DNA of 64,000 nt from Eledone cirrhosa (Eukaryota): assembly GCA_964016885.1 (NCBI GenBank), contig OZ024745.1, positions 117,552,001 to 117,616,000 of the forward strand, read 5' to 3'. The translations under genes and the position numbers were made by a program. Under the pieces are notes generated by a model. The model was not told the origin of the DNA. It saw nothing but the letters and a program-made list of their open reading frames with translations, and did not search any database. Position 1 is the first letter of the stretch. Each line of letters begins with the position of its first letter. This document shows positions 51,224 through 64,000 of the stretch, in pieces.

Positions 51224-54200
51224 CTTGGCTGACAGTCTACAATCTATATAACTTGGCTGACAGTCTACAATCTATATAACTTGGCTGACAGTCTACAATC
51301 TATATAACTTGGCTGACAGTCTACAATCTATATAACTTGGCTGACAGTCTACAATATATATAACTTGGCTGACAGTCTACAATCTATATAACTTGGCTGA
51401 CAATCTACAATCTATATAACTTGGCTGACAGTCTACAATCTATATAACTTGGCTGACAGTCTACAATCTATATAACTTGGCTGACAATCTACAGTCTATA
51501 TAACTTGGCTGACAGTCTACAATATATATAACTTGGCTGACAATCTACAATCTATATAACTTGGCTGACAGTCTACAATCTATATAACTTGGCTGACAGT
51601 CTACAATCTATATAACTTGGCTGACAGTCTACAATATATATAACTTGGCTGACAGTCTACAATCTATATAACTTGGCTGACAGTCTACAATCTATATAAC
51701 TTGGCTGACAGTCTACAATCTATATAACTTGGCTGACAGTCTACAATCTATATAACTTGGCTGACAGTCTACAATCTATATAACTTGGCTGACAGTCTAC
51801 AATCTATATAACTTGGCTGACAATCTACAGTCTATATAACTTGGCTGACAATCTACAATCTATATAACTTGGCTGACAGTCTACAATATATATAACTTGG
51901 CTGACAATCTACAATATATATAACTTGGCTGACAGTCTACAATCTATATAACTTGGCTGACAGTCTACAATCTATATAACTTGGCTGACAGTCTACAATA
52001 TATATAACTTGGCTGACAGTCTACAATCTATATAACTTGGCTGACAGTCTACAATCTATATAACTTGGCTGACAATCTACAATATATATAACTTGGCTGA
52101 CAGTCTACAATCTATATAACTTGGCTGACAATCTACAATCTATATAACTTGGCTGACAGTCTACAGTCTATATAACTTGGCTGACAATCTACAATCTATA
52201 TAACTTGGCTGACAGTCTACAATATATATAACTTGGCTGACAGTCTACAATCTATATAACTTGGCTGACAGTCTACAATCTATATAACTTGGCTGACAAT
52301 CTACAATCTATATAACTTGGCTGACAGTCTACAATATATATAACTTGGCTGACAGTCTACAATCTATATAACTTGGCTGACAGTCTACAATCTATATAAC
52401 TTGGCTGACAGTCTACAATCTATATAACTTGGCTGACAGTCTACAATATATATAACTTGGCTGACAATCTACATTCTATATAACTTGGCTGACAATCTAC
52501 AATATATATAACTTGGCTGACAGTCTACAATCTATATAACTTGGCTGACAGTCTACAATATATATAACTTGGCTGACAGTCTACAATCTATATAACTTGG
52601 CTGACAGTCTACAATATATATAACTTGGCTGACAATCTACAATCTATATAACTTGGCTGACAGTCTACAATATATATAACTTGGCTGACAATCTACAATC
52701 TATATAACTTGGCTGACAATCTACAATCTATATAACTTGGCTGACAATCTACAATCTATATAACTTGGCTGACAATCTACAATCTATATAACTTGGCTGA
52801 CAGTCTACAATATATATAACTTGGCTGACAGTCTACAATATATATAACTTGGCTGACAGTCTACAATCTATATAACTTGGCTGACAGTCTACAATCTATA
52901 TAACTTGGCTGACAATCTACAATCTATATAACTTGGCTGACAATCTACAATCTATATAACTTGGCTGACAATCTACAATCTATATAACTTGGCTGACAAT
53001 CTACAATCTATATAACTTGGCTGACAGTCTACAATATATATAACTTGGCTGACAGTCTACAATATATATAACTTGGCTGACAGTCTACAATATATATAAC
53101 TTGGCTGACAATCTACAATCTATATAACTTGGCTGACAATCTACAATCTATATAACTTGGCTGACAATCTACAATCTATATAACTTGGCTGACAATCTAC
53201 AATCTATATAACTTGGCTGACAATCTACAATCTATATAACTTGGCTGACAGTCTACAATATATATAACTTGGCTGACAGTCTACAATATATATAACTTGG
53301 CTGACAGTCTACAATATATATAACTTGGCTGACAATCTACAATCTATATAACTTGGCTGACAATCTACAATCTATATAACTTGGCTGACAATCTACAATC
53401 TATATAACTTGGCTGACAATCTACAATCTATATAACTTGGCTGACAGTCTACAATATATATAACTTGGCTGACAGTCTACAATATATATAACTTGGCTGA
53501 CAGTCTACAATCTATATAACTTGGCTGACAATCTACAATCTATATAACTTGGCTGACAATCTACAATCTATATAACTTGGCTGACAATCTACAATCTATA
53601 TAACTTGGCTGACAATCTACAATCTATATAACTTGGCTGACAATCTACAATCTATATAACTTGGCTGACAGTCTACAATATATATAACTTGGCTGACAGT
53701 CTACAATCTATATAACTTGGCTGACAATCTACAATCTATATAACTTGGCTGACAGTCTACAATCTATATAACTTGGCTGACAGTCTACAATATATATAAC
53801 TTGGCTGACAATCTACAGTCTATATAACTTGGCTGACAATCTACAATCTATATAACTTGGCTGACAGTCTACAATCTATATAACTTGGCTGACAGTCTAC
53901 AATATATATAACTTGGCTGACAGTCTACAATCTATATAACTTGGCTGACAGTCTACAATATATATAACTTGGCTGACAATCTACAATCTATATAACTTGG
54001 CTGACAGTCTACAATATATATAACTTGGCTGACAGTCTACAATCTATATAACTTGGCTGACAGTCTACAATCTATATAACTTGGCTGACAGTCTACAGTC
54101 TATATAACTTGGCTGACAATCTACAATCTATATAACTTGGCTGACAGTCTACAATCTATATAACTTGGCTGACAGTCTACAATCTATATAACTTGGCTGA

Positions 54201-57200
54201 CAGTCTACAATCTATATAACTTGGCTGACAGTCTACAATCTATATAACTTGGCTGACAGTCTACAATATATATAACTTGGCTGACAGTCTACAATCTATA
54301 TAACTTGGCTGACAATCTACAATCTATATAACTTGGCTGACAATCTACAATCTATATAACTTGGCTGACAGTCTACAATCTATATAACTTGGCTGACAGT
54401 CTACAATATATATAACTTGGCTGACAGTCTACAATCTATATAACTTGGCTGACAGTCTACAATATATATAACTTGGCTGACAGTCTACAATCTATATAAC
54501 TTGGCTGACAGTCTACAATCTATATAACTTGGCTGACAGTCTACAATATATATAACTTGGCTGACAGTCTACAATCTATATAACTTGGCTGACAGTCTAC
54601 AATCTATATAACTTGGCTGACAGTCTACAATCTATATAACTTGGCTGACAGTCTACAATATATATAACTTGGCTGACAGTCTACAATCTATATAACTTGG
54701 CTGACAGTCTACAATCTATATAACTTGGCTGACAGTCTACAATATATATAACTTGGCTGACAATCTACAATCTATATAACTTGGCTGACAGTCTACAATC
54801 TATATAACTTGGCTGACAATCTACAATCTATATAACTTGGCTGACAGTCTACAATCTTTATAACTTGGCTGACAATCTACAGTCTATATAACTTGGCTGA
54901 CAGTTTACAATCATTATAACTTGGCTGACAGTCTACAATCTATATAACTTGGCTGACAGTCTACAATCTATATAACTTGGCTGACAGTCTACAATATATA
55001 TAACTTGGCTGACAGTCTACAATCTATATAACTTGGCTGACAGTCTACAATCTATATAACTTGGCTGACAGTCTACAATATATATAACTTGGCTGACAGT
55101 CTACAATCTATATAACTTGGCTGACAGTCTACAATCTATATAACTTGGCTGACAGTCTACAATCTATATAACTTGGCTGACAATCTACAATCTATATAAC
55201 TTGGCTGACAGTCTACAATCTTTATAACTTGGCTGACAATCTACAATCTATATAACTTGGCTGACAGTCTACAATCTATATAACTTGGCTGACAGTCTAC
55301 AATCTTTATAACTTGGCTGACAGTCTACAATCTTTATAACTTGGCTGACAATCTACAATCTATATAACTTGGCTGACAGTCTACAATCTATATAACTTGG
55401 CTGACAATCTACAATCTATATAACTTGGCTGACAGTCTACAATCTATATAACTTGGCTGACAGTCTACAATCTATATAACTTGGCTGACAGTCTACAATC
55501 TATATAACTTGGCTGACAGTCTACAATATATATAACTTGGCTGACAGTCTACAATCTATATAACTTGGCTGACAGTCTACAATCTATATAACTTGGCTGA
55601 CAGTCTACAGTCTATATAACTTGGCTGACAGTCTACAATCTATATAACTTGGCTGACAATCTACAGTCTATATAACTTGGCTGACAGTCTACAATCTATA
55701 TAACTTGGCTGACAGTCTACAATATATATAACTTGGCTGACAATCTACAATCTATATAACTTGGCTGACAATCTACAATCTATATAACTTGGCTGACAGT
55801 CTACAATCTATATAACTTGGCTGACAGTCTACAATCTATATAACTTGGCTGACAATCTACAGTCTATATAACTTGGCTGACAGTCTACAATATATATAAC
55901 TTGGCTGACAATCTACAATCTATATAACTTGGCTGACAGTCTACAATCTATATAACTTGGCTGACAGTCTACAATCTATATAACTTGGCTGACAGTCTAC
56001 AATATATATAACTTGGCTGACAGTCTACAATCTATATAACTTGGCTGACAGTCTACAATCTATATAACTTGGCTGACAGTCTACAATCTATATAACTTGG
56101 CTGACAGTCTACAATCTATATAACTTGGCTGACAGTCTACAATCTATATAACTTGGCTGACAGTCTACAATCTATATAACTTGGCTGACAATCTACAGTC
56201 TATATAACTTGGCTGACAATCTACAATCTATATAACTTGGCTGACAGTCTACAATATATATAACTTGGCTGACAATCTACAATATATATAACTTGGCTGA
56301 CAGTCTACAATCTATATAACTTGGCTGACAGTCTACAATCTATATAACTTGGCTGACAGTCTACAATATATATAACTTGGCTGACAGTCTACAATCTATA
56401 TAACTTGGCTGACAGTCTACAATCTATATAACTTGGCTGACAATCTACAATATATATAACTTGGCTGACAGTCTACAATCTATATAACTTGGCTGACAAT
56501 CTACAATCTATATAACTTGGCTGACAGTCTACAGTCTATATAACTTGGCTGACAATCTACAATCTATATAACTTGGCTGACAGTCTACAATATATATAAC
56601 TTGGCTGACAGTCTACAATCTATATAACTTGGCTGACAGTCTACAATCTATATAACTTGGCTGACAATCTACAATCTATATAACTTGGCTGACAGTCTAC
56701 AATATATATAACTTGGCTGACAGTCTACAATCTATATAACTTGGCTGACAGTCTACAATCTATATAACTTGGCTGACAGTCTACAATCTATATAACTTGG
56801 CTGACAGTCTACAATATATATAACTTGGCTGACAATCTACATTCTATATAACTTGGCTGACAATCTACAATATATATAACTTGGCTGACAGTCTACAATC
56901 TATATAACTTGGCTGACAGTCTACAATATATATAACTTGGCTGACAGTCTACAATCTATATAACTTGGCTGACAGTCTACAATATATATAACTTGGCTGA
57001 CAATCTACAATCTATATAACTTGGCTGACAGTCTACAATATATATAACTTGGCTGACAATCTACAATCTATATAACTTGGCTGACAATCTACAATCTATA
57101 TAACTTGGCTGACAATCTACAATCTATATAACTTGGCTGACAATCTACAATCTATATAACTTGGCTGACAGTCTACAATATATATAACTTGGCTGACAGT

Positions 57201-60200
57201 CTACAATATATATAACTTGGCTGACAGTCTACAATCTATATAACTTGGCTGACAGTCTACAATCTATATAACTTGGCTGACAATCTACAATCTATATAAC
57301 TTGGCTGACAATCTACAATCTATATAACTTGGCTGACAATCTACAATCTATATAACTTGGCTGACAATCTACAATCTATATAACTTGGCTGACAGTCTAC
57401 AATATATATAACTTGGCTGACAGTCTACAATATATATAACTTGGCTGACAGTCTACAATATATATAACTTGGCTGACAATCTACAATCTATATAACTTGG
57501 CTGACAATCTACAATCTATATAACTTGGCTGACAATCTACAATCTATATAACTTGGCTGACAATCTACAATCTATATAACTTGGCTGACAATCTACAATC
57601 TATATAACTTGGCTGACAGTCTACAATATATATAACTTGGCTGACAGTCTACAATATATATAACTTGGCTGACAGTCTACAATATATATAACTTGGCTGA
57701 CAATCTACAATCTATATAACTTGGCTGACAATCTACAATCTATATAACTTGGCTGACAATCTACAATCTATATAACTTGGCTGACAATCTACAATCTATA
57801 TAACTTGGCTGACAGTCTACAATATATATAACTTGGCTGACAGTCTACAATATATATAACTTGGCTGACAGTCTACAATCTATATAACTTGGCTGACAAT
57901 CTACAATCTATATAACTTGGCTGACAATCTACAATCTATATAACTTGGCTGACAATCTACAATCTATATAACTTGGCTGACAATCTACAATCTATATAAC
58001 TTGGCTGACAATCTACAATCTATATAACTTGGCTGACAGTCTACAATATATATAACTTGGCTGACAGTCTACAATCTATATAACTTGGCTGACAATCTAC
58101 AATCTATATAACTTGGCTGACAGTCTACAATCTATATAACTTGGCTGACAGTCTACAATATATATAACTTGGCTGACAATCTACAGTCTATATAACTTGG
58201 CTGACAATCTACAATCTATATAACTTGGCTGACAGTCTACAATCTATATAACTTGGCTGACAGTCTACAATATATATAACTTGGCTGACAGTCTACAATC
58301 TATATAACTTGGCTGACAGTCTACAATATATATAACTTGGCTGACAATCTACAATCTATATAACTTGGCTGACAGTCTACAATATATATAACTTGGCTGA
58401 CAGTCTACAATCTATATAACTTGGCTGACAGTCTACAATCTATATAACTTGGCTGACAGTCTACAGTCTATATAACTTGGCTGACAATCTACAATCTATA
58501 TAACTTGGCTGACAGTCTACAATCTATATAACTTGGCTGACAGTCTACAATCTATATAACTTGGCTGACAGTCTACAATCTATATAACTTGGCTGACAGT
58601 CTACAATCTATATAACTTGGCTGACAGTCTACAATATATATAACTTGGCTGACAGTCTACAATCTATATAACTTGGCTGACAATCTACAATCTATATAAC
58701 TTGGCTGACAATCTACAATCTATATAACTTGGCTGACAGTCTACAATCTATATAACTTGGCTGACAGTCTACAATATATATAACTTGGCTGACAGTCTAC
58801 AATCTATATAACTTGGCTGACAGTCTACAATATATATAACTTGGCTGACAGTCTACAATCTATATAACTTGGCTGACAGTCTACAATCTATATAACTTGG
58901 CTGACAGTCTACAATATATATAACTTGGCTGACAGTCTACAATCTATATAACTTGGCTGACAGTCTACAATCTATATAACTTGGCTGACAGTCTACAATC
59001 TATATAACTTGGCTGACAGTCTACAATATATATAACTTGGCTGACAGTCTACAATCTATATAACTTGGCTGACAGTCTACAATCTATATAACTTGGCTGA
59101 CAGTCTACAATATATATAACTTGGCTGACAATCTACAATCTATATAACTTGGCTGACAGTCTACAATCTATATAACTTGGCTGACAATCTACAATCTATA
59201 TAACTTGGCTGACAGTCTACAATCTTTATAACTTGGCTGACAATCTACAGTCTATATAACTTGGCTGACAGTTTACAATCATTATAACTTGGCTGACAGT
59301 CTACAATCTATATAACTTGGCTGACAGTCTACAATCTATATAACTTGGCTGACAGTCTACAATATATATAACTTGGCTGACAGTCTACAATCTATATAAC
59401 TTGGCTGACAGTCTACAATCTATATAACTTGGCTGACAGTCTACAATATATATAACTTGGCTGACAGTCTACAATCTATATAACTTGGCTGACAGTCTAC
59501 AATCTATATAACTTGGCTGACAGTCTACAATCTATATAACTTGGCTGACAATCTACAATCTATATAACTTGGCTGACAGTCTACAATCTTTATAACTTGG
59601 CTGACAATCTACAATCTATATAACTTGGCTGACAGTCTACAATCTATATAACTTGGCTGACAGTCTACAATCTTTATAACTTGGCTGACAGTCTACAATC
59701 TTTATAACTTGGCTGACAATCTACAATCTATATAACTTGGCTGACAGTCTACAATCTATATAACTTGGCTGACAATCTACAATCTATATAACTTGGCTGA
59801 CAGTCTACAATCTATATAACTTGGCTGACAGTCTACAATCTATATAACTTGGCTGACAGTCTACAATCTATATAACTTGGCTGACAGTCTACAATATATA
59901 TAACTTGGCTGACAGTCTACAATCTATATAACTTGGCTGACAGTCTACAATCTATATAACTTGGCTGACAGTCTACAGTCTATATAACTTGGCTGACAGT
60001 CTACAATCTATATAACTTGGCTGACAATCTACAGTCTATATAACTTGGCTGACAGTCTACAATCTATATAACTTGGCTGACAGTCTACAATATATATAAC
60101 TTGGCTGACAATCTACAATCTATATAACTTGGCTGACAATCTACAATCTATATAACTTGGCTGACAATCTACAATCTATATAACTTGGCTGACAATCTAC

Positions 60201-63200
60201 AGTCTATATAACTTGGCTGACAATCTACAATCTATATAACTTGGCTGACAATCTACAGTCTATATAACTTGGCTGACAGTCTACAATCTATATAACTTGG
60301 CTGACAGTCTACAATCTATATAACTTGGCTGACAATCTACAGTCTATATAACTTGGCTGACAATCTACAATCTATATAACTTGGCTGACAATCTACAATC
60401 TATATAACTTGGCTGACAATCTACAATCTATATAACTTGGCTGACAATCTACAATCTATATAACTTGGCTGACAATCTACAATCTATATAACTTGGCTGA
60501 CAATCTACAGTCTATATTACTTGGCTGACAGTCTACAATCTATATAACTTGGCTGACAGTCTACAATCTATATAACTTGGCTGACAATCTACAGTCTATA
60601 TAACTTGGCTGACAATCTACAATCTATATAACTTGGCTGACAGTCTACAATCTATATAACTTGGCTGACAGTCTACAATCTATATAACTTGGCTGACAGT
60701 CTACAATCTATATAACTTGGCTGACAATCTACAATCTATATAACTTGGCTGACAGTCTACAATCTATATAACTTGGCTGACAGTCTACAATATATATAAC
60801 TTGGCTGACAGTCTACAATCTATATAACTTGGCTGACAGTCTACAATATATATAACTTGGCTGACAGTCTACAATCTATATAACTTGGCTGACAGTCTAC
60901 AATCTATATAACTTGGCTGACAGTCTACAATATATATAACTTGGCTGACAGTCTACAATCTATATAACTTGGCTGACAGTCTACAATCTATATAACTTGG
61001 CTGACAGTCTACAATCTATATAACTTGGCTGACAGTCTACAATATATATAACTTGGCTGACAGTCTACAATCTATATAACTTGGCTGACAATCTACAATC
61101 TATATAACTTGGCTGACAGTCTACAATATATATAACTTGGCTGACAATCTACAATCTATATAACTTGGCTGACAGTCTACAATCTATATAACTTGGCTGA
61201 CAATCTACAATCTATATAACTTGGCTGACAGTCTACAATCTTTATAACTTGGCTGACAATCTACAGTCTATATAACTTGGCTGACAGTTTACAATCATTA
61301 TAACTTGGCTGACAGTCTACAATCTATATAACTTGGCTGACAGTCTACAATCTATATAACTTGGCTGACAGTCTACAATATATATAACTTGGCTGACAGT
61401 CTACAATCTATATAACTTGGCTGACAGTCTACAATCTATATAACTTGGCTGACAGTCTACAATCTATATAACTTGGCTGACAGTCTACAATATATATAAC
61501 TTGGCTGACAGTCTACAATCTATATAACTTGGCTGACAGTCTACAATCTATATAACTTGGCTGACAGTCTACAATCTATATAACTTGGCTGACAATCTAC
61601 AATCTATATAACTTGGCTGACAGTCTACAATCTTTATAACTTGGCTGACAATCTACAATCTATATAACTTGGCTGACAGTCTACAATCTATATAACTTGG
61701 CTGACAGTCTACAATCTTTATAACTTGGCTGACAGTCTACAATCTTTATAACTTGGCTGACAATCTACAATCTATATAACTTGGCTGACAGTCTACAATC
61801 TATATAACTTGGCTGACAATCTACAATCTATATAACTTGGCTGACAGTCTACAATCTATATAACTTGGCTGACAGTCTACAATCTATATAACTTGGCTGA
61901 CAGTCTACAATCTATATAACTTGGCTGACAGTCTACAATATATATAACTTGGCTGACAGTCTACAATCTATATAACTTGGCTGACAGTCTACAATCTATA
62001 TAACTTGGCTGACAGTCTACAGTCTATATAACTTGGCTGACAGTCTACAATCTATATAACTTGGCTGACAATCTACAGTCTATATAACTTGGCTGACAGT
62101 CTACAATCTATATAACTTGGCTGACAGTCTACAATATATATAACTTGGCTGACAATCTACAATCTATATAACTTGGCTGACAATCTACAATCTATATAAC
62201 TTGGCTGACAATCTACAATCTATATAACTTGGCTGACAATCTACAGTCTATATAACTTGGCTGACAATCTACAATCTATATAACTTGGCTGACAATCTAC
62301 AGTCTATATAACTTGGCTGACAGTCTACAATCTATATAACTTGGCTGACAGTCTACAATCTATATAACTTGGCTGACAATCTACAGTCTATATAACTTGG
62401 CTGACAATCTACAATCTATATAACTTGGCTGACAATCTACAATCTATATAACTTGGCTGACAATCTACAATCTATATAACTTGGCTGACAATCTACAATC
62501 TATATAACTTGGCTGACAATCTACAGTCTATATTACTTGGCTGACAGTCTACAATCTATATAACTTGGCTGACAGTCTACAATCTATATAACTTGGCTGA
62601 CAATCTACAGTCTATATAACTTGGCTGACAATCTACAATCTATATAACTTGGCTGACAGTCTACAATCTATATAACTTGGCTGACAGTCTACAATCTATA
62701 TAACTTGGCTGACAGTCTACAATCTATATAACTTGGCTGACAGTCTACAATCTATATAACTTGGCTGACAATCTACAATCTATATAACTTGGCTGACAAT
62801 CTACAGTCTATATAACTTGGCTGACAGTCTACAATCTATATAACTTGGCTGACAATCTACAATATATATAACTTGGCTGACAGTCTACAGTCTATATAAC
62901 TTGGCTGACAATCTACAATATATATAACTTGGCTGACAGTCTACAGTCTATATAACTTGGCTGACAGTCTACAATCTATATAACTTGGCTGACAGTCTAC
63001 AATATATATAACTTGGCTGACAGTCTACAATCTATATAACTTGGCTGACAGTCTACAATATATATAACTTGGCTGACAGTCTACAATCTATATAACTTGG
63101 CTGACAATCTACAATCTATATAACTTGGCTGACAGTCTACAATATATATAACTTGGCTGACAATCTACAATATATATAACTTGGCTGACAATCTACAATA

Positions 63201-64000
63201 TATATAACTTGGCTGACAGTCTACAATCTATATAACTTGGCTGACAGTCTACAATATATATAACTTGGCTGACAATCTACAATCTATATAACTTGGCTGA
63301 CAATCTACAATATATATAACTTGGCTGACAGTCTACAATCTATATAACTTGGCTGACAATCTACAATATATATAACTTGGCTGACAGTCTACAATGTATA
63401 TAACTTGGCTGACAATCTACAATATATATAACTTGGCTGACAGTCTACAATCTATATAACTTGGCTGACAGTCTACAATATATATAACTTGGCTGACAAT
63501 CTACAATCTATATAACTTGGCTGACAATCTACAATATATATAACTTGGCTGACAATCTACAATCTATATAACTTGGCTGACAATCTACAATATATATAAC
63601 TTGGCTGACAATCTACAATCTATATAACTTGGCTGACAATCTACAATCTATATAACTTGGCTGACAGTCTACAATCTTTATAACTTGGCTGACAATCTAC
63701 AGTCTATATAACTTGGCTGACAATCTACAATATATATAACTTGGCTGACAGTCTACAATCTATATAACTTGGCTGACAGTCTACAATATATATAACTTGG
63801 CTGACAATCTACAATCTATATAACTTGGCTGACAATCTACAATCTATATAACTTGGCTGACAATCTACAATCTATATAACTTGGCTGACAATCTACAATA
63901 TATATAACTTGGCTGACAGTCTACAATCTATATAACTTGGCTGACAATCTACAATATATATAACTTGGCTGACAGTCTACAATGTATATAACTTGGCTGA
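51224..64000. repeat. 28-bp satellite array (~456 monomers, runs off the window end), consensus ACTTGGCTGACAGTCTACAATCTATATA
   Basis: Strict 28-bp period; the line phase recurs every 420 bp (15 units) throughout. Confidence 0.99.

Noticed and set aside
51224-64000. CRISPR-like array or repetitive coding sequence
   Set aside because: There are no unique spacers, the context is eukaryotic, and the 28-bp unit with TAA/TGA/TAG closes all frames (no ORFs in the track).

Overview
AT-rich animal genomic DNA, very likely an octopus. This is inferred from memory of its SINE, RTE and Penelope repeat families and was not checked against a database. Bases 1-51.2 kb look like large introns of a + strand protein-coding gene that I could not identify. 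Its small phase-compatible exons lie at 2433-2516, 23930-24048, 26261-26344 and from 39112, and encode several RRxS motifs. The introns are filled with decayed retroelements (RTE, CR1/L2-type, Tx1/L1-type, DIRS, Penelope), SINEs with clean target-site duplications (TSDs), piggyBac-, Tc1/mariner- and hAT-type MITEs (often nested), a Helitron and several fold-back hairpins. From 51224 to the end is a 12.8-kb array of a 28-bp satellite with higher-order duplications of 156 and about 72 monomers. The most notable observations are: (i) a 123-bp near-perfect palindrome made of two head-to-head minimal hammerhead ribozymes (22879-23001), plus other Penelope-type hammerhead remnants; (ii) a LINE whose RT catalytic core is replaced by a 175-bp fold-back hairpin; (iii) the indel-free, binary-variant satellite with large higher-order repeats. 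No intact transposon ORF, rRNA, tRNA gene or CRISPR array is present.
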